DNA from: Octopus bimaculoides
Lineage: Eukaryota
Reading direction: 5' to 3'
Assembly (NCBI RefSeq): GCF_001194135.2
Contig: NC_069001.1
Span: 21,828,403-21,892,402, forward strand
DNA length: 64,000 bases
Of this stretch, positions 35,881-48,801 are shown one piece after another. The notes under the pieces were generated by a model. That model had not been told where the DNA came from, made no database searches, and saw only the letters and a list, made by a program, of their open reading frames with translations. The position numbers and the translations under genes were made by a program. How positions within the stretch are numbered: position 1 is the first letter of the stretch; each line of letters starts with the position of its first letter.

Positions 35881-36570
35881 ATCAATTTGATCATCTTTGA
35901 AGTGAACCGATTGAAGTAAATTCTTGTTAGTTAGTGTTCTGTGGGAGGTGGGAGGGTTGTCCTTTATAGGCATTCGCTACTGACCTCCGATTCACAGCAG
36001 TTACTGTCCGAAGTTTGGGCTCGGTTTAAAAATAGGTCAACGTCTTGATTAGTGTTTTTGTAAGGTTCTTTGTTCAGTTTAATGGCCGCGTGTGTACGAT
36101 TTTGATTTCGTGTGTAATGCTTGTATTGAAGAGTCGATGTTTGTTTACATTCATTTTTGCGGTTGGGCTGCTCATGATTTGTGTTATACATTGGGTATTT
36201 TGTTTTATTTTTCTATTAATCATATTTAGTAAATATTTTTCATGTCTAGGTTAAGTTATTCTAATTGTTATATCAAGCTCAATTGTTGCTGGGGCTTTGG
36301 TTATCTATAATTATCCCTATATTTGTCCTACCCCGTTTGTGTAAATATCCTATGGCTTGTTCTTGTCTTGCATTAATTCATGTGTATTTTGATGTAAATA
36401 TTTGGTAAAGTTCTATGCATTGGTCAAACCTATTTCCCTTTGCTCGATTAGGCTTAGCAGTACTAATTAGTTCCCAAACAATAGAAGAGCTATTGTTTTC
36501 GTCACTAATTCACCAAACTAGTTTGCTTAAGTTTGTATGGCTTATTTTTTTCTAGCTAAAATAAAATAAT

Positions 36571-36663
<93 letters not shown>

Positions 36664-37265
36664 GAGAGAGAGAGAGAGAGAGTGAGAGAGAGAGAGAGCT
36701 GGCCACTAGATAAGCGTACTCTCTTCCCTCCTACGTAACTTTGCATCAATAGACCAGGTTTTTAGTTTGACATCTTGAGTGCAACGGGTATATTTTATCT
36801 CTAGTACAGTTGTATGTCCTGTCTGCTTATTTCTATTATTTATTGTATTATTGGCTTCACTAGAAGGCTCTCCTACTGTCTCCTCTCCCGTTTCGATATT
36901 ATTTCTGAATTTTCTATGAATATTAGCTTTGACGTTGCTCCTTCTAGCGGTTCATCCTCTTTATATGCTTGTTAGAGAATTCGTTAGGTTTATTTCCCTT
37001 TCACTGTTGGTTCTTCTGTTACCGTTCCCAATTCCTCTAGTGCGTGCTACTATGGTTTCAGCATCTAGGTCCCTTCTGCTGTTGCTTATTTCTTCCTAAT
37101 GTTTAAGATTCGGATTACTAGGTTCTCCTTGGAAGTTGTATTGTTTACTTTCATTATGTTCTGCAATTATTTATGCTAGGCTGCTGTTATTGGAGAAGGC
37201 AAGTCGTACATTGTGTGTATTAAATATTTTATGGTAGTTTTAGCAAAATCTGCTAGTTTTAGAAA

Positions 37266-37342
37266 AGTCTATCACTGCATAGTCTATCACTGCATAGTCT
37301 ACCACTGCATAGTCTATCAATGCATAGTCTATCACTGCATAG
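37266..37342 (+). repeat. 15-bp minisatellite, five copies (AGTCTATCACTGCAT)
   Basis: Head-to-tail copies with two substitutions and no spacers; it lies inside the PLE. Confidence 0.95.
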
Positions 37343-38829
37343 AACAGTCTAGGGATGATGGAAATTATGTTTCGCCAATTCAGCAATGTACCACAATGTT
37401 ATCCTAGAATTATTATTGGTCTTGTTATTTGTAGGTATTTTCCGGTTTTTATTGTCAGTGTAATTTATGTTTCTGCGGTGTCTACTCTGGTGTGCGGGTA
37501 CTTACCATTGTATCTCTTAGTTGCATTCTGGGTGCGCGCGCGCGCGAGTATGTCTATGGTGGTCTTCATCATTTCTAATGTACAGCGTATTAATGCCTCC
37601 ACTGTTGTTTCGGCTACTTACTTCCGTGTGGAGTTCATTCTCGTTCGAATCCTTACCATTCTTTCCCAGACTTGTCATCTATGTTCTCGTTCTTCTTTGC
37701 TTTTACTCTTTTCTTTACCGTCATATGAGGGTTTTCAATGGGTTATTATGGTTATTTTGTGTGTTATAATTAGGGTCTGAATAGGTTATATTACTATATG
37801 TATCTTACTTGTTTTAGTTCCCCTCGTTGAATATTAAATTTTCTTTATACTCTGCCATCTCTAGTGCTAAGTTCTGGTAATCCTCGTTTAACCTAAATAT
37901 TTTCTCGTTGGCTGATAGATTCGATAGGGTTGAAATGTTAGCGACTATGGATTGGGTTACACACTTGGGGTGATTATTCTTTTTGTGAATGTATTCAAGG
38001 TTTTCATTGGTTTTATTGTTTGGTTTATGTATTCCAGTACTTAGGTCTAGTGTAACGTCTAAAAACTTGACTGTGTTGTACTCCTTCCATACTTAGATGG
38101 CAAGCCCTATGTTTTTGAAGAACTTGAATAACGTTTTCCTATATTTTTCTATCTCTACTCTGGAAGGGTTAAATAAGGCGAAAAGTGCGTCATCCATGTA
38201 TAGCCCTCTACCTAGTTTTGGAAATTCTTTATGGTGCTGCTAGAACCTTCTTCTTTTCGGTCGTGGAAGTGGGCTCACCATCTCATTCGGTGCCTGAATG
38301 GAATATTTCTAGCGATAAGATCGTTTATGTACTCCTATACGATAGGTTTCTTTCAGTTTCCGTCTTTCAAATCCACTTTCAGGATTTTGTTCGGCTCAGG
38401 GCTATAGTAGAAGATATTTTTATCATATATTAAATTTTTTAACGTTCAGTTTCTAATTCATACGTTTATTAATTTATCAAATTTTAATATATTTTCATAT
38501 CTTTTGGAATATATTTAATTATCTATTATTTTGGATAATTAATTTTGCAGGAAAACATAATTACAGTGTTTTGGTACAGATCAGAAATTTCCTACTTGTT
38601 TACAAATATGCGCACCTTTCTCACACTCACTCTACGGATGAACACATTTCTGCATGAAAATATGTCAGCCAAAGCACGTTTAATCCAGCTGAAAGTTTTT
38701 AAATATTGAAAGACAAGTTGTATCTCCATCATACACGAGTGTTTTTCTCCCTGTCATTATCTACCATATTTAAATGTATAGGGTGTAAATATTGGTGGCT
38801 CTGCAAAGAATGAGATCTATGAGGGGGTG

Positions 38830-38966
38830 TAGAATATAGCTGTGTCGTAGAAGGCTTGCTTCCCAACCACATGTTTCCGGGTTCTGTTCTGTCCCACTGT
38901 GTGAAACTTTGGGCTAGTGTTTTCTATAATAGCTTCGGACTTGGTGGACGGAAACTGAAAGAGGCC

Positions 38967-39001
<35 letters not shown>

Positions 39002-39230
39002 TATACGCATATGTGTGTATGTGTGTCTTTGTGTCTGTGCTTGTCCCACCACTATCACCACTACCACTCGATAACCAGTGTTGATGTGTTTACGTCCCAG
39101 TAACCGAGCGGTTCGGCAAAAGATAGATCGATAGAATATGTAAACGAAAACTAAGTGCTGAGTTCGATTCATACGACTAAACATTATTCAAGACGATGCC
39201 CCAGCATGTGTGAAACAAGCAAAAGATAAA
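38830..39230 (+). mobile_element. Near full-length tRNA/CORE-like SINE with internal (TA)n(TG)n
   Basis: Head ...ccacatgtttccgggttctgttctgtcccactgtg, body ggacggaaactgaaagaggccc, internal microsatellite, tail ...tgaaacaagcaaaagataaaga. Confidence 0.85.
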
Positions 39231-39603
39231 GATGTTATGCTTATAAATTTGTATGAAACTAAATACAATGAATTATTTAAATGCGATTCCAACGACAGCT
39301 GGCACGTGTTTCTTCTTCCACTTCTTTATTTCAACTTCTCCAGATTCAATTGATTAAAATATTTCTGCACCCGTATTTTTCCTGTTTGTCTCGCTATCTG
39401 CGACCAACGGTTTCACAGATGCAAATAACTAAATAAAAAAGACAAAAAAAAAAAAACAAACAAGAAAAAGAAACAAAAAACTAAAAAGAAATATGGAATA
39501 TAAAGGAAAAAATATTTCTATAAAATGATTAAACTCTAGTCAAGAGTAAATTTGTAATTTCTCAAAAAAGAAATTATTTTAAAATACCAACAAGGATCCC
39601 GAA

Positions 39604-39659
39604 ATGAATAAGGAAAATGCCAGTAAGGTATCAGTAGATGAATTGAACGACACGAGTCA
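39604..39659 (+). CDS. Candidate first coding exon (MNKENASKVSVDELNDTS)
   Basis: gaaATG start; open to a strong phase-2 donor CA|GTAAGT (39660). Strong upstream acceptor at 39346. Confidence 0.35.
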
Positions 39660-39865
39660 GTAAGTTGTACATCGTACGTTACCCAGTTTGAAGCAAAAGT
39701 GGTTCGATCACGTTTACAACCCCGAGAAACACCAGCTTGTGAACGTGATAAACCATGTCGTTTGACTGATAATAATTCGGATGTCATCATGTAGAAAATT
39801 GCAATGGTGTTTGACGTTTCTCGGCACAATTCCTCTGTACAATTTCATATCTTTGCTATATTCAG

Positions 39866-39908
39866 ATATGATATTCAGGAAGAAAGTGACGGAAAAGGGA
39901 GCAGAAAA
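39866..39908 (+). CDS. Candidate second coding exon ([Q]YDIQEESDGKGSRK)
   Basis: Acceptor atttcatatctttgctatattcag, donor AA|GTATGA. Phase-compatible with 39604-39659 across a 206-bp intron. Confidence 0.35.
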
Positions 39909-40283
39909 GTATGAGTAAACGGCTATGATATTTTTATTGTCACATTAGCAGATCCCCAAACATTTTAGAAATTTATTTTGAAAAATATTTTTCAAACACT
40001 TTTTATACTTTTGAGCAGGTTAAAATCATTTAAAGAAGAATGAAAGTCACATATTTTATTTGCCAATGATAATTTTCTAATTCAAATTTCATTATCAAAT
40101 TTTAATATATGCTCATAAATTTTCGAATATTTTTGATTATTTATACCGTTTGTTAATTAATTACGCCAGTAAAATACAATTATTATATTTTGCTAAAAAT
40201 TAGAGATTTGCTGGTTATTTACAACTTTCATCAAGTGCTTCATAATTTTCTTTCTATTGCAGCAACGCAGCTTAGATCGGTTA

Positions 40284-41800
40284 TCTATATATATATAAAA
40301 ATGAGAATGTGTGTCTGTGTGTCTGTCTGTCTGTGTGTGTGTGTGTGAATCCCTAAAACTCGAGAACTACGCAACCAATTTCATTCAAATTTTACACATG
40401 CCTTACTTAGGGTTCCAGTTGTGTTTTAGTCAAAAATAATTTTTAACTTCTTGCAGAATTCGAGCACACGGCAACATAATATCTCCTCCACTATTTAAGT
40501 ATTACGTGTCAAAAGTGAAACAAAAACACTCATGTCAAATACTTTCACTTTAAAAATGAAACTATTCTACTAACTGAAACAATCACATTTNNNNNNNNNN
40601 NNNNNNNNNNNNNNNNNNNNNNNNNNNNNNNNNNNNNNNNNNNNNNNNNNNNNNNNNNNNNNNNNNNNNNNNNNNNNNNNNNNNNNNNNNNNNNNNNNNN
40701 NNNNNNNNNNNNNNNNNNNNNNNNNNNNNNNNNNNNNNNNNNNNNNNNNNNNNNNNNNNNNNNNNNNNNNNNNNNNNNNNNNNNNNNNNNNNNNNNNNNN
40801 NNNNNNNNNNNNNNNNNNNNNNNNNNNNNNNNNNNNNNNNNNNNNNNNNNNNNNNNNNNNNNNNNNNNNNNNNNNNNNNNNNNNNNNNNNNNNNNNNNNN
40901 NNNNNNNNNNNNNNNNNNNNNNNNNNNNNNNNNNNNNNNNNNNNNNNNNNNNNNNNNNNNNNNNNNNNNNNNNNNNNNNNNNNNNNNNNNNNNNNNNNNN
41001 NNNNNNNNNNNNNNNNNNNNNNNNNNNNNNNNNNNNNNNNNNNNNNNNNNNNNNNNNNNNNNNNNNNNNNNNNNNNNNNNNNNNNNNNNNNNNNNNNNNN
41101 NNNNNNNNNNNNNNNNNNNNNNNNNNNNNNNNNNNNNNNNNNNNNNNNNNNNNNNNNNNNNNNNNNNNNNNNNNNNNNNNNNNNNNNNNNNNNNNNNNNN
41201 NNNNNNNNNNNNNNNNNNNNNNNNNNNNNNNNNNNNNNNNNNNNNNNNNNNNNNNNNNNNNNNNNNNNNNNNNNNNNNNNNNNNNNNNNNNNNNNNNNNN
41301 NNNNNNNNNNNNNNNNNNNNNNNNNNNNNNNNNNNNNNNNNNNNNNNNNNNNNNNNNNNNNNNNNNNNNNNNNNNNNNNNNNNNNNNNNNNNNNNNNNNN
41401 NNNNNNNCCATGTCCATAAACAAATCTCAGGGTCAAACACTGTCTGTAGCTGGTCTTCTCTTGGAAGAGCCCTGCTTCTCACATGGACAACTATATGTTG
41501 GCTGCTCAAGAGTGGGTAGCAAAAAAACCTATTTGTATATGCTCCACAAGGGAAAACAAGGAACATTGTTTACAACGAGGTGTTATAATCACAACAGCAA
41601 GAAAGTATGTACATGATCACCTTCTTTTACGAAACTTCATTGACTTTCATATATTTATATTGATATACATATATATATACGTGTGTTTGGGTGCGTGTGT
41701 GTATATACATCTCTATATATAAAGATGATGCGTAGTCTAGACGGCGTTTTTTGATTTCATTATTCTCTTTAACCCGGGCAACGCCGGGTATTTCTGCTAG
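40284..41800 (+). mobile_element. Helitron (internally deleted or gap-collapsed)
   Basis: 5' TC after an A (40283), 3' hairpin ACCCGG-GCAACG-CCGGGT (41772-41789), CTAG end (41797-41800) followed by T, and a helicase C-terminus inside. Confidence 0.9.
41410..41588 (+). pseudogene. Helitron PIF1-family helicase C-terminus (frameshifted)
   Basis: MSINKSQGQTLSVAGLLLEEPCFSHGQLYVGCSRVGS, then NLFVYAPQGKTRNIVYNEVL* after a shift in an A run. Confidence 0.9.
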
Positions 41801-42584
41801 TATATGCTAAAATTTTACATATTTTTTAGCATAGCAGAGAAACGATTGCTTAAAGAGAAATTTATACTTTACATCCATTCAAATTTGGTTACATTTTTGC
41901 CTCTTTAAATTTGTGTACTTACTAATCTTGACGAAATTTATATAGATCAAAGCCTTTAAGTTATGTTTTCCAGTTTGACCGGTTTTTGTCTACTGTATTA
42001 ATTTTCACAAAATGTTCCCAGATTAGATTTCTTTCATTGAGATCTTTTAAATAAGCAAATAAGCATAGTTACATTTAAATATCTATTTTACAAACGATAG
42101 AGATATATTTAAAGGGAGAATTTACGTTTTAGTTTCATTGAAATTTGACCACATTTTGAACGGTAAGATATTTTCTATTGCCGCACTATTGTGGAAATAT
42201 ACAAACTTAGGAATGCATACGGCTAAGACGTTGCATCTACTCCTCACTGCCTTATTTTAAACACAGATATTTCATCATAATCATTTTCAAGACCTAAAAT
42301 TTCTATTCTAATATTTCAAATTGTGGTAGAGCATTGGTCTTTTTCAGTGAAGCTAAAAGTTTTAACCTAATATTTACATATTATTTATAGTTGTATGTGC
42401 ACCTCGAGAACCAACTTCAATAAAGAATTACAATTATGATGTTCATTCCCCATTAAACAGTGGTCATACATTACATGCATGTAAAATCATTTTCAGTGAT
42501 TACATGCAGAGACATATATAAGGTTAGAATATAACATGATTTAATTAATAACCATGGTTGATTAAACCAATGTGTCAGAAGCTT

Positions 42585-42642
42585 TCATGTAAACTCTGAT
42601 TTTCCGATCTGGAAATGATGGTCACAACATCGTCAGACATGA
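42585..42642 (-). ncRNA. Hammerhead relic downstream of the 43050-44330 PLE
   Basis: TCATGT-CTGACGA-[25 nt, stem II not formed]-GAAA-ATCAGAGTTT-ACATGA: perfect 6-bp stem I. Confidence 0.4.
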
Positions 42643-43049
42643 TTGGCTAGAACGTCATAGCCAGAGCACTTATGCCCTAAAAAATGCAAATATTTACGCC
42701 AGGTCAGGCTCTAATCCAATATCTAAAACAACCTGCTTTGCTTCAGTAAATCTAGCAAAGAAAACTGAGAAAATTATAATTATGCAAAGTGAAAAAGGGC
42801 AATTTCAGTGTTATATTTCTTGGTTTGACTTAAAATTTCTTGTAGCAAATAAATTATAATGCAATCGACAGCATTTGATGTATTACATATATGCATATAC
42901 TTTTTAGAAGTATAAGAAAGTAAGAACAGAAGGGGCATCGAGAGAAATAAATAAGTAGTGAACGAAAAGAGAGATTTTGGGGAAGATAGAAACAGATAGG
43001 ATAATATGAGCTGAAGAGAAGGATAAGGAGTATAAATATGGGAGAGAGG

Positions 43050-44330
43050 ATTAAACCTCATAAAAGACCCGTGTTTATTGCTACGCGAAATGCAACGTGT
43101 TCCATATGTATGCACACACATGAGAGCAGGACAAAAAGAAAGGTCCTTTTACGAGTTCAGGAAGATCTCCAGGCGATGGAAATACTTCAACGTCTTCAGC
43201 TTTATTAAAATAGGCCAGCTTTTTTCAAACAACTCCCGGCTGATACCATACGACAGTCTTTGGTACCAAAAAACAATGTATAGCTACGAAACGTAGTACT
43301 GGATTTTCCTGAATCATAAATGAAGATTTGTTGTCGTTCAGTCTGGCAATACTCCAGCATAGCGTTGCTCTTGTTCTTTCCTGTATGTGTGACCTGCGTT
43401 TCATATACAAAAGCGTTTGTGTTAATTTGGTTGTTGAGCGGGAAAAGGTTTGCACTTTAGTATGAGTAAACAACAACTGTGTTTGGTTCGTGAATGTAGA
43501 TATGATTTGTTTCATAATTAGTGTGGTGTGCAGTTAAAAGAATTCCTCAAGGAATATTCAGGAAGTGACTTTCCATGAATGTGTGTTGTGTATGTGTGGA
43601 AAATACATATTCATTGATACAAAAAGGAAATAACCACATTGGTTTTAACATTGTGAGAAATCAGATAGGTGAAACAAAACGCTTTACGGCAGCACTTCTT
43701 TTTCGCGGAACCAGTGTCCTTGAAACCGACAGGAGCCAGGGTTTTGATATTGTAGGAGGCTGCTGAAGATCATTGCGGTTGAATATAAGTTTAGGTTTCT
43801 GAAGCCAACACTCTCCTCAAGATTTTTCAAAATTATGATCTGTCGGAAGGAAGCTGTCTTTATATAGGTTAGCTTCTCATTCGGTTTATAGAAGAACTTA
43901 TAGTAATTAGCAATTGGATCCTGCGTCACATGTAAATGATAATATATTTGTAACTCTGGTAATCCAAAGACCAACAAAATTATGGGTATGAATCACGTAT
44001 TTTCCGAGACTATCTTGGTCATACCTCTTCACATCTCCAGTGTTGGCAAAGGCATCATCTTTTTATAGGTCAAAGGGAGTAGTGGTAATTTCTTACTCTG
44101 GGTGTCTAGAACAAATAAGTTCTTAAGGTCACGTCTGCGTTGTTGAATGCTTTTATAATCATATAAAAAAAACAGCCTGAGTCCATAAGCATGAACCAGG
44201 TTTATTCTTTGGCAAAGTGTTACACTTTCCTGGCATGCAAAATTATATATCATCAATGTCAATATAATTTTCAGAAAATCAAGAGTTATAATCGAAGGGC
44301 CTTCCATTGTTTGTTTGACGTGTGTTCTAG
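43050..44330 (-). mobile_element. Old Penelope-like element relic
   Basis: L*KDDAF (compare LYRDDGL), YKFFYKPNEKLTYIK..ILKNLEESV, SHNVKTNVVISFL, MKQIIS, FVYETQVTHTG, SSTTFRSY. Confidence 0.7.
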
Positions 44331-44472
44331 GAAAAATACAACTTTTTACCAGAACATTGGATACATTTGCTTGTATAAAAACGTATATTAATTAACAATA
44401 TTGAATTAAAACTATTTAAATCATATTCATTCTGTTAAATATAAATTCTGCTCTTTCGAGACTTACGACAAC

Positions 44473-44556
<84 letters not shown>

Positions 44557-44704
44557 GCACATACACACACAGATAATATATATATATACTTATAAAAATG
44601 TGCATATATGTTTATATATATATATGTGTGTGTGTTTGTGCGTGTATGTATGAGTGTATGTTTCATATATATATATTATACATCATAAATACTCATACAA
44701 AAAT

Positions 44705-44727
<23 letters not shown>

Positions 44728-44739
<12 letters not shown>

Positions 44740-45793
44740 ATTTTGTTTTCAGAATGAGATAAAAAAACCCAAAGCTGTGAAGATTTTAGAACAATTATAA
44801 ATAGGTCTTAGAGCTGTTTCCAGGATATTTATTTTGCATTTGTAGATCCAATATTTAGGCAGTATGGTATGCATACAAGATTCCAATATCTTGTGAATAA
44901 ATTCCAATAGTATTTTAAATTGGTCATTGTAAATTCCAATAGTATTTATAGGTGGTCATTTCAAGAGTTTGTACATCATGCTATTGAATCGAGGGTTTTA
45001 TTTAAAGTGACCTCAAAGTATGGAATGTATTTGTAAGGTCAAATCGAAAACAGGAGGAGAGGAATAAAGAAAAGAGAAAAAAGAGAAGAAAAAAAGAAGA
45101 AAAAAGAAAAAAAACAAGAAGAGAGGAATAAAGTAAAGAAAGAAAAAAGGAATAAAGAAAAACAAGGAGAGAGATAATATAGAGATGAAGACAGGGGAAG
45201 GGCATCAGTTAGTGGTCAGTCAAGATAACTTGAAAGTAGGAATGGGGAGATGAGGGTGATAGAGAGAGAAATATATCCATACTGGATTCAGGGCTTCTCT
45301 ACCGAGGTCAACGCTCAACCTGCAAGTTTTGCCTGAAGGAGGCACTTCACATATTAAAGCACACCTCTCCAGCACTGCTAAATAAACATAACGAGGCACT
45401 AAGCACATGCAACCACCGCTTTTTTCACACATTCAAATTCTACCACAAATCCAAATGCCTGAACGACCAAACAGTATATTTCCACAATACCCCTTAGGTA
45501 ATCCCAATAACCTTATAAATCTATATTTTAACTCCTAATCTCTCTCATACTCGAATATCACAACCATCAAATTATATTCGTGTGTATATAAGTGCATGCA
45601 TATGTGCGTGTATATGTATGTGTATACGTATGTATGTGTGTATGTGTATGTGTGAATGTTTGTATGTATACAAGGTGTATATACCTGCGTGTACAGGGGC
45701 GATAATACATACAGATACACGTATATATGGATGTGCATGTGTACGTATACATATGAGTACGAGTTGCATATGTAGATAATATGTATAAATATC

Positions 45794-45878
<85 letters not shown>

Positions 45879-46795
45879 GTCTAATATATGAATCTGTATA
45901 CATCTTGACATATATATCTTTTCTACTACTAAGCACTGATCTGTCCAATCACATAATCTCCATTCCTAAATTCTTCATTTCACCATATTACTACCCCTCT
46001 CACTTAGACTCTATCACTACATAACTGACACTCCTTTATCTTTTTACACTATTATGCCTCCTCTTTCTCTATCACCCCATTCCTTCTATCTGACATTCCA
46101 TTACTCTTTACCCTATTATCTTTCTACACCATAATATCTTTCATCTTAATCTCGCCACTCCCACTTTCAAGTTATCTTCACTGACCACTAACTGGTACAA
46201 TTCCCCTGTCTTCATCTCTGTATTATCTCTCTCTCTGTTTTTCTTTTTCACATTTTCTTTCTTTACTTTATTCCTCTCTCCCCGTTTTTCTTTGTTTATT
46301 TTTTTCGTCTTTTTTCTTCTTCTCTTTTTTCTCTTTTCTTTATTCCTCTCTTTCTGTTTTCGATTTGACCTTACAAATAAATTCCCTACTTTTAGGTTAC
46401 TTTAAGTAAAACCCTCGATTCAATAGCACTATGTACAAACTCTTGGAATGACCAACTATAGATACTATTGGAATTTACAATGACCAATTTTAAATACTAT
46501 TGGAACTTACTCACAAGGTATTGGAATCTTATATGCATACTATTCTGCATAAATAATGGAACTACAAATGCAATATCCCTGCATATCTCACATCTATTTT
46601 CACTCCTCTAGTTCACTCTCTATTCATATCTTATCTAAAATAACTATTGCTTAACCATTTTCTCACACCGTCTCCGATCAAGACATATAATAAATATCCT
46701 GGAAACAGCTGTAAGACCTTCTATTTGTAAATGTTCTAAAATCTTCACAGCCTTGGTTTTTTTATCGCGTTCTGTAAAAAAAAAATTATATATAC
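44728..46795. repeat. Long imperfect inverted repeat (arms ~44728-45295 and ~46065-46795) around a PLE 3' fragment
   Basis: The arms are reverse complements over ~550 bp (e.g. gtaaggtcaaatcgaaaacag / ctgttttcgatttgaccttac). The spacer has LLNKHNEALSTCNHRFFHTF (45290-45475, +), resembling a PLE C-terminus. Confidence 0.85.
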
Positions 46796-48394
46796 ACATG
46801 CTGATATATGACCTACGTTGGACTCCTTATTTGCATAATCGTCGAACCTGGGGCTTATCTATGGTTTATCCATTGCACTTACTCAGCATTACCTGACACC
46901 TTTGGGTCTTATTGACACCATTACCTCTCATAACCTACATATATATATATATATATACAGAGAAAGAGAGAGAGAGAGACTGAAATGGAGAGAGAGTACG
47001 AGACAGAGGGAATGGGACAGAGCGAGAGAGGAACTCGAGACAGTGAAAGAGAGACACAGAGAAATTGTATGCGTGCAATGTAACATTTTAAGACAATCTT
47101 TAGTTGGTTTACTTTCTTATTGCTTGCTGCTGTTTTACTTGCATTTTACTTTTGTTTATAGTTTTGAATTTTAAAATGTTTGCCTAATTTATGAAATCTT
47201 TAATTAATTATCGAGCAATTAATTATGGATTAATAAAAATTTGCTTTCTCGAGCTCACTATTAGCTATTTACATAATTAAAATTTTTTTTTTTCATTCTT
47301 TCTACTATATTTTTTGGTGAAATAGTAAATGATTCGAATAAGAATGGAAATAATAAAGATATAAAACATGAAAATGAACAAAAAGAAACGTTTACAATTA
47401 CGAAATAAAATAGCTCTAGTATTTACAATTAACACAAGAACAAGTACATTGTACATAAAGGTAACATAAAATAAAATAAAAGGAAACTATAGTAGTTGTG
47501 TTACAATAAAACAGATTAAAGTAGAAAATTAAGTCCCGGATATTTAGTTATTGTTTGAAATGAAAATATATCTGAAAAAGAGACCTAAGGTAAAAAGAAA
47601 AGAACATAATGCGTTTTTCTCTTCTTTTTTTCCATTAGTACTAAATAAAACAAAGGAAATATTTATTTTGAATTATTAAGTTACATCCCGAGGTTATAGA
47701 AAGAATTGATATTTCCAGTATGTTGTTCTTATAGCTGTCACTATTGTGTACGAAAATAAGTGGCACCACTAATACTGTCGCACCTACAAAAACTATCATA
47801 TATTTTCGTAAGTATTGACAAAAATTTGGCGTACAGTTGATTCCATAGAGTGCCACTCAAAATAGCTTATAAAATAACTTAGGATATCAGTTCAATTCTG
47901 TAACGCGTTGATATTCATTTCACTTTCCCCCTGTTTATCAAAAAAATCCTGGTTAGGGGTTGTTTGTTTCCAGATCGACTTTCATTAAATAGAAACGACC
48001 AAATCATTTCAGTTGCCCAGTTTTGTAGAGGATGAAGAGTGGTACAGTCTTTAGAACTACAATATCTAGTGCCGGCTCTTTTTATATTACAGCGGAGAGT
48101 TACTTGAGAAGGATTAGACTGCTTATCGTAACAGGTCGTTAAGTATGTAGTGATTGTCTGGGTCCTTCCTTTGTAATCGAATCTTCATAGAAACCACATT
48201 TTCAGAAATGAAGCAAATCAAAGTTTGCATTTTTTTGCCAAATGCAGGCATCATTGTTCTATGGCAATCAAGGAAATATTTTTATATTGACCCATAAGAT
48301 ATTGTTCGTATATATAAAAGTACTTTAAATTCTTCTTACTTTGAAGTTCTTGGCTTGGCTTCTGAAGGTTTTCCCATCCATCTACTCTTTTACC

Positions 48395-48597
48395 CTCTTA
48401 CTTGTTTCAGTCATTTGAGTGTCGCCATTCTGGAGCACCGCCTTTAGTCGAGCAAATAGACCACATGACGTATTCTTTGTAAGCCTAGTACTTATTCTAT
48501 CGGGCTCTTTTGCCGAAGCGCTAAGTTACGGAGACGTAAACACACCAGCATCGGTTGTCAAGCGATGTTGGGGGGACAAGCACAGACACACAAACAT

Positions 48598-48656
<59 letters not shown>

Positions 48657-48768
48657 NNNNNNNNNNNNNNNNNNNNNNNNNNNNNNNNNNNNNNNNNNNN
48701 NNNNNNNNNNNNNNNNNNNNNNNNNNNNNNNNNNNNNNNNNNNNNNNNNNNNNNNNNNNNNNNNNNNN

Positions 48769-48801
<33 letters not shown>

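Larger units (their letters stand above)
35530..38340 (-). mobile_element. Penelope-like element (Neptune/Nematis-like), degenerate, with 3' terminal repeat
   Basis: GLYMDDALF, VKFLDVTLDLSTG, NNHPK, KIFNTHNVRLAFSNN, NCTRDKIYPLHSRCQTKNLVY*CKVT, TNLSKLVW*I..IVWELISTAKP. A (GA)n tract interrupts the nuclease. Hammerhead relic at 35795-35880. Confidence 0.85.

Noticed and set aside
36765-36800. Helitron-like 3' end (gcaacgggta...CTAG)
   Set aside because: No hairpin. The opposite strand encodes the PLE Cys linker NCTRDKIYPLHSRC, which explains the sequence.
37266-37342. Regular short repeat array (CRISPR?)
   Set aside because: 15-bp head-to-tail units with no spacers, no cas genes, and a eukaryotic context.
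46797-46865. Hammerhead candidate (CTGATAT..GAC..GTC-GAAC)
   Set aside because: Two core mismatches, a missing A and no convincing stem I.
47690-47790. Minus-strand exon candidate (GATVLVVPLIFVHNSDSYKNN...), and a similar one at 29830-29904
   Set aside because: Plausible splice sites, but the composition is what AT-rich random DNA yields and there is no independent support.
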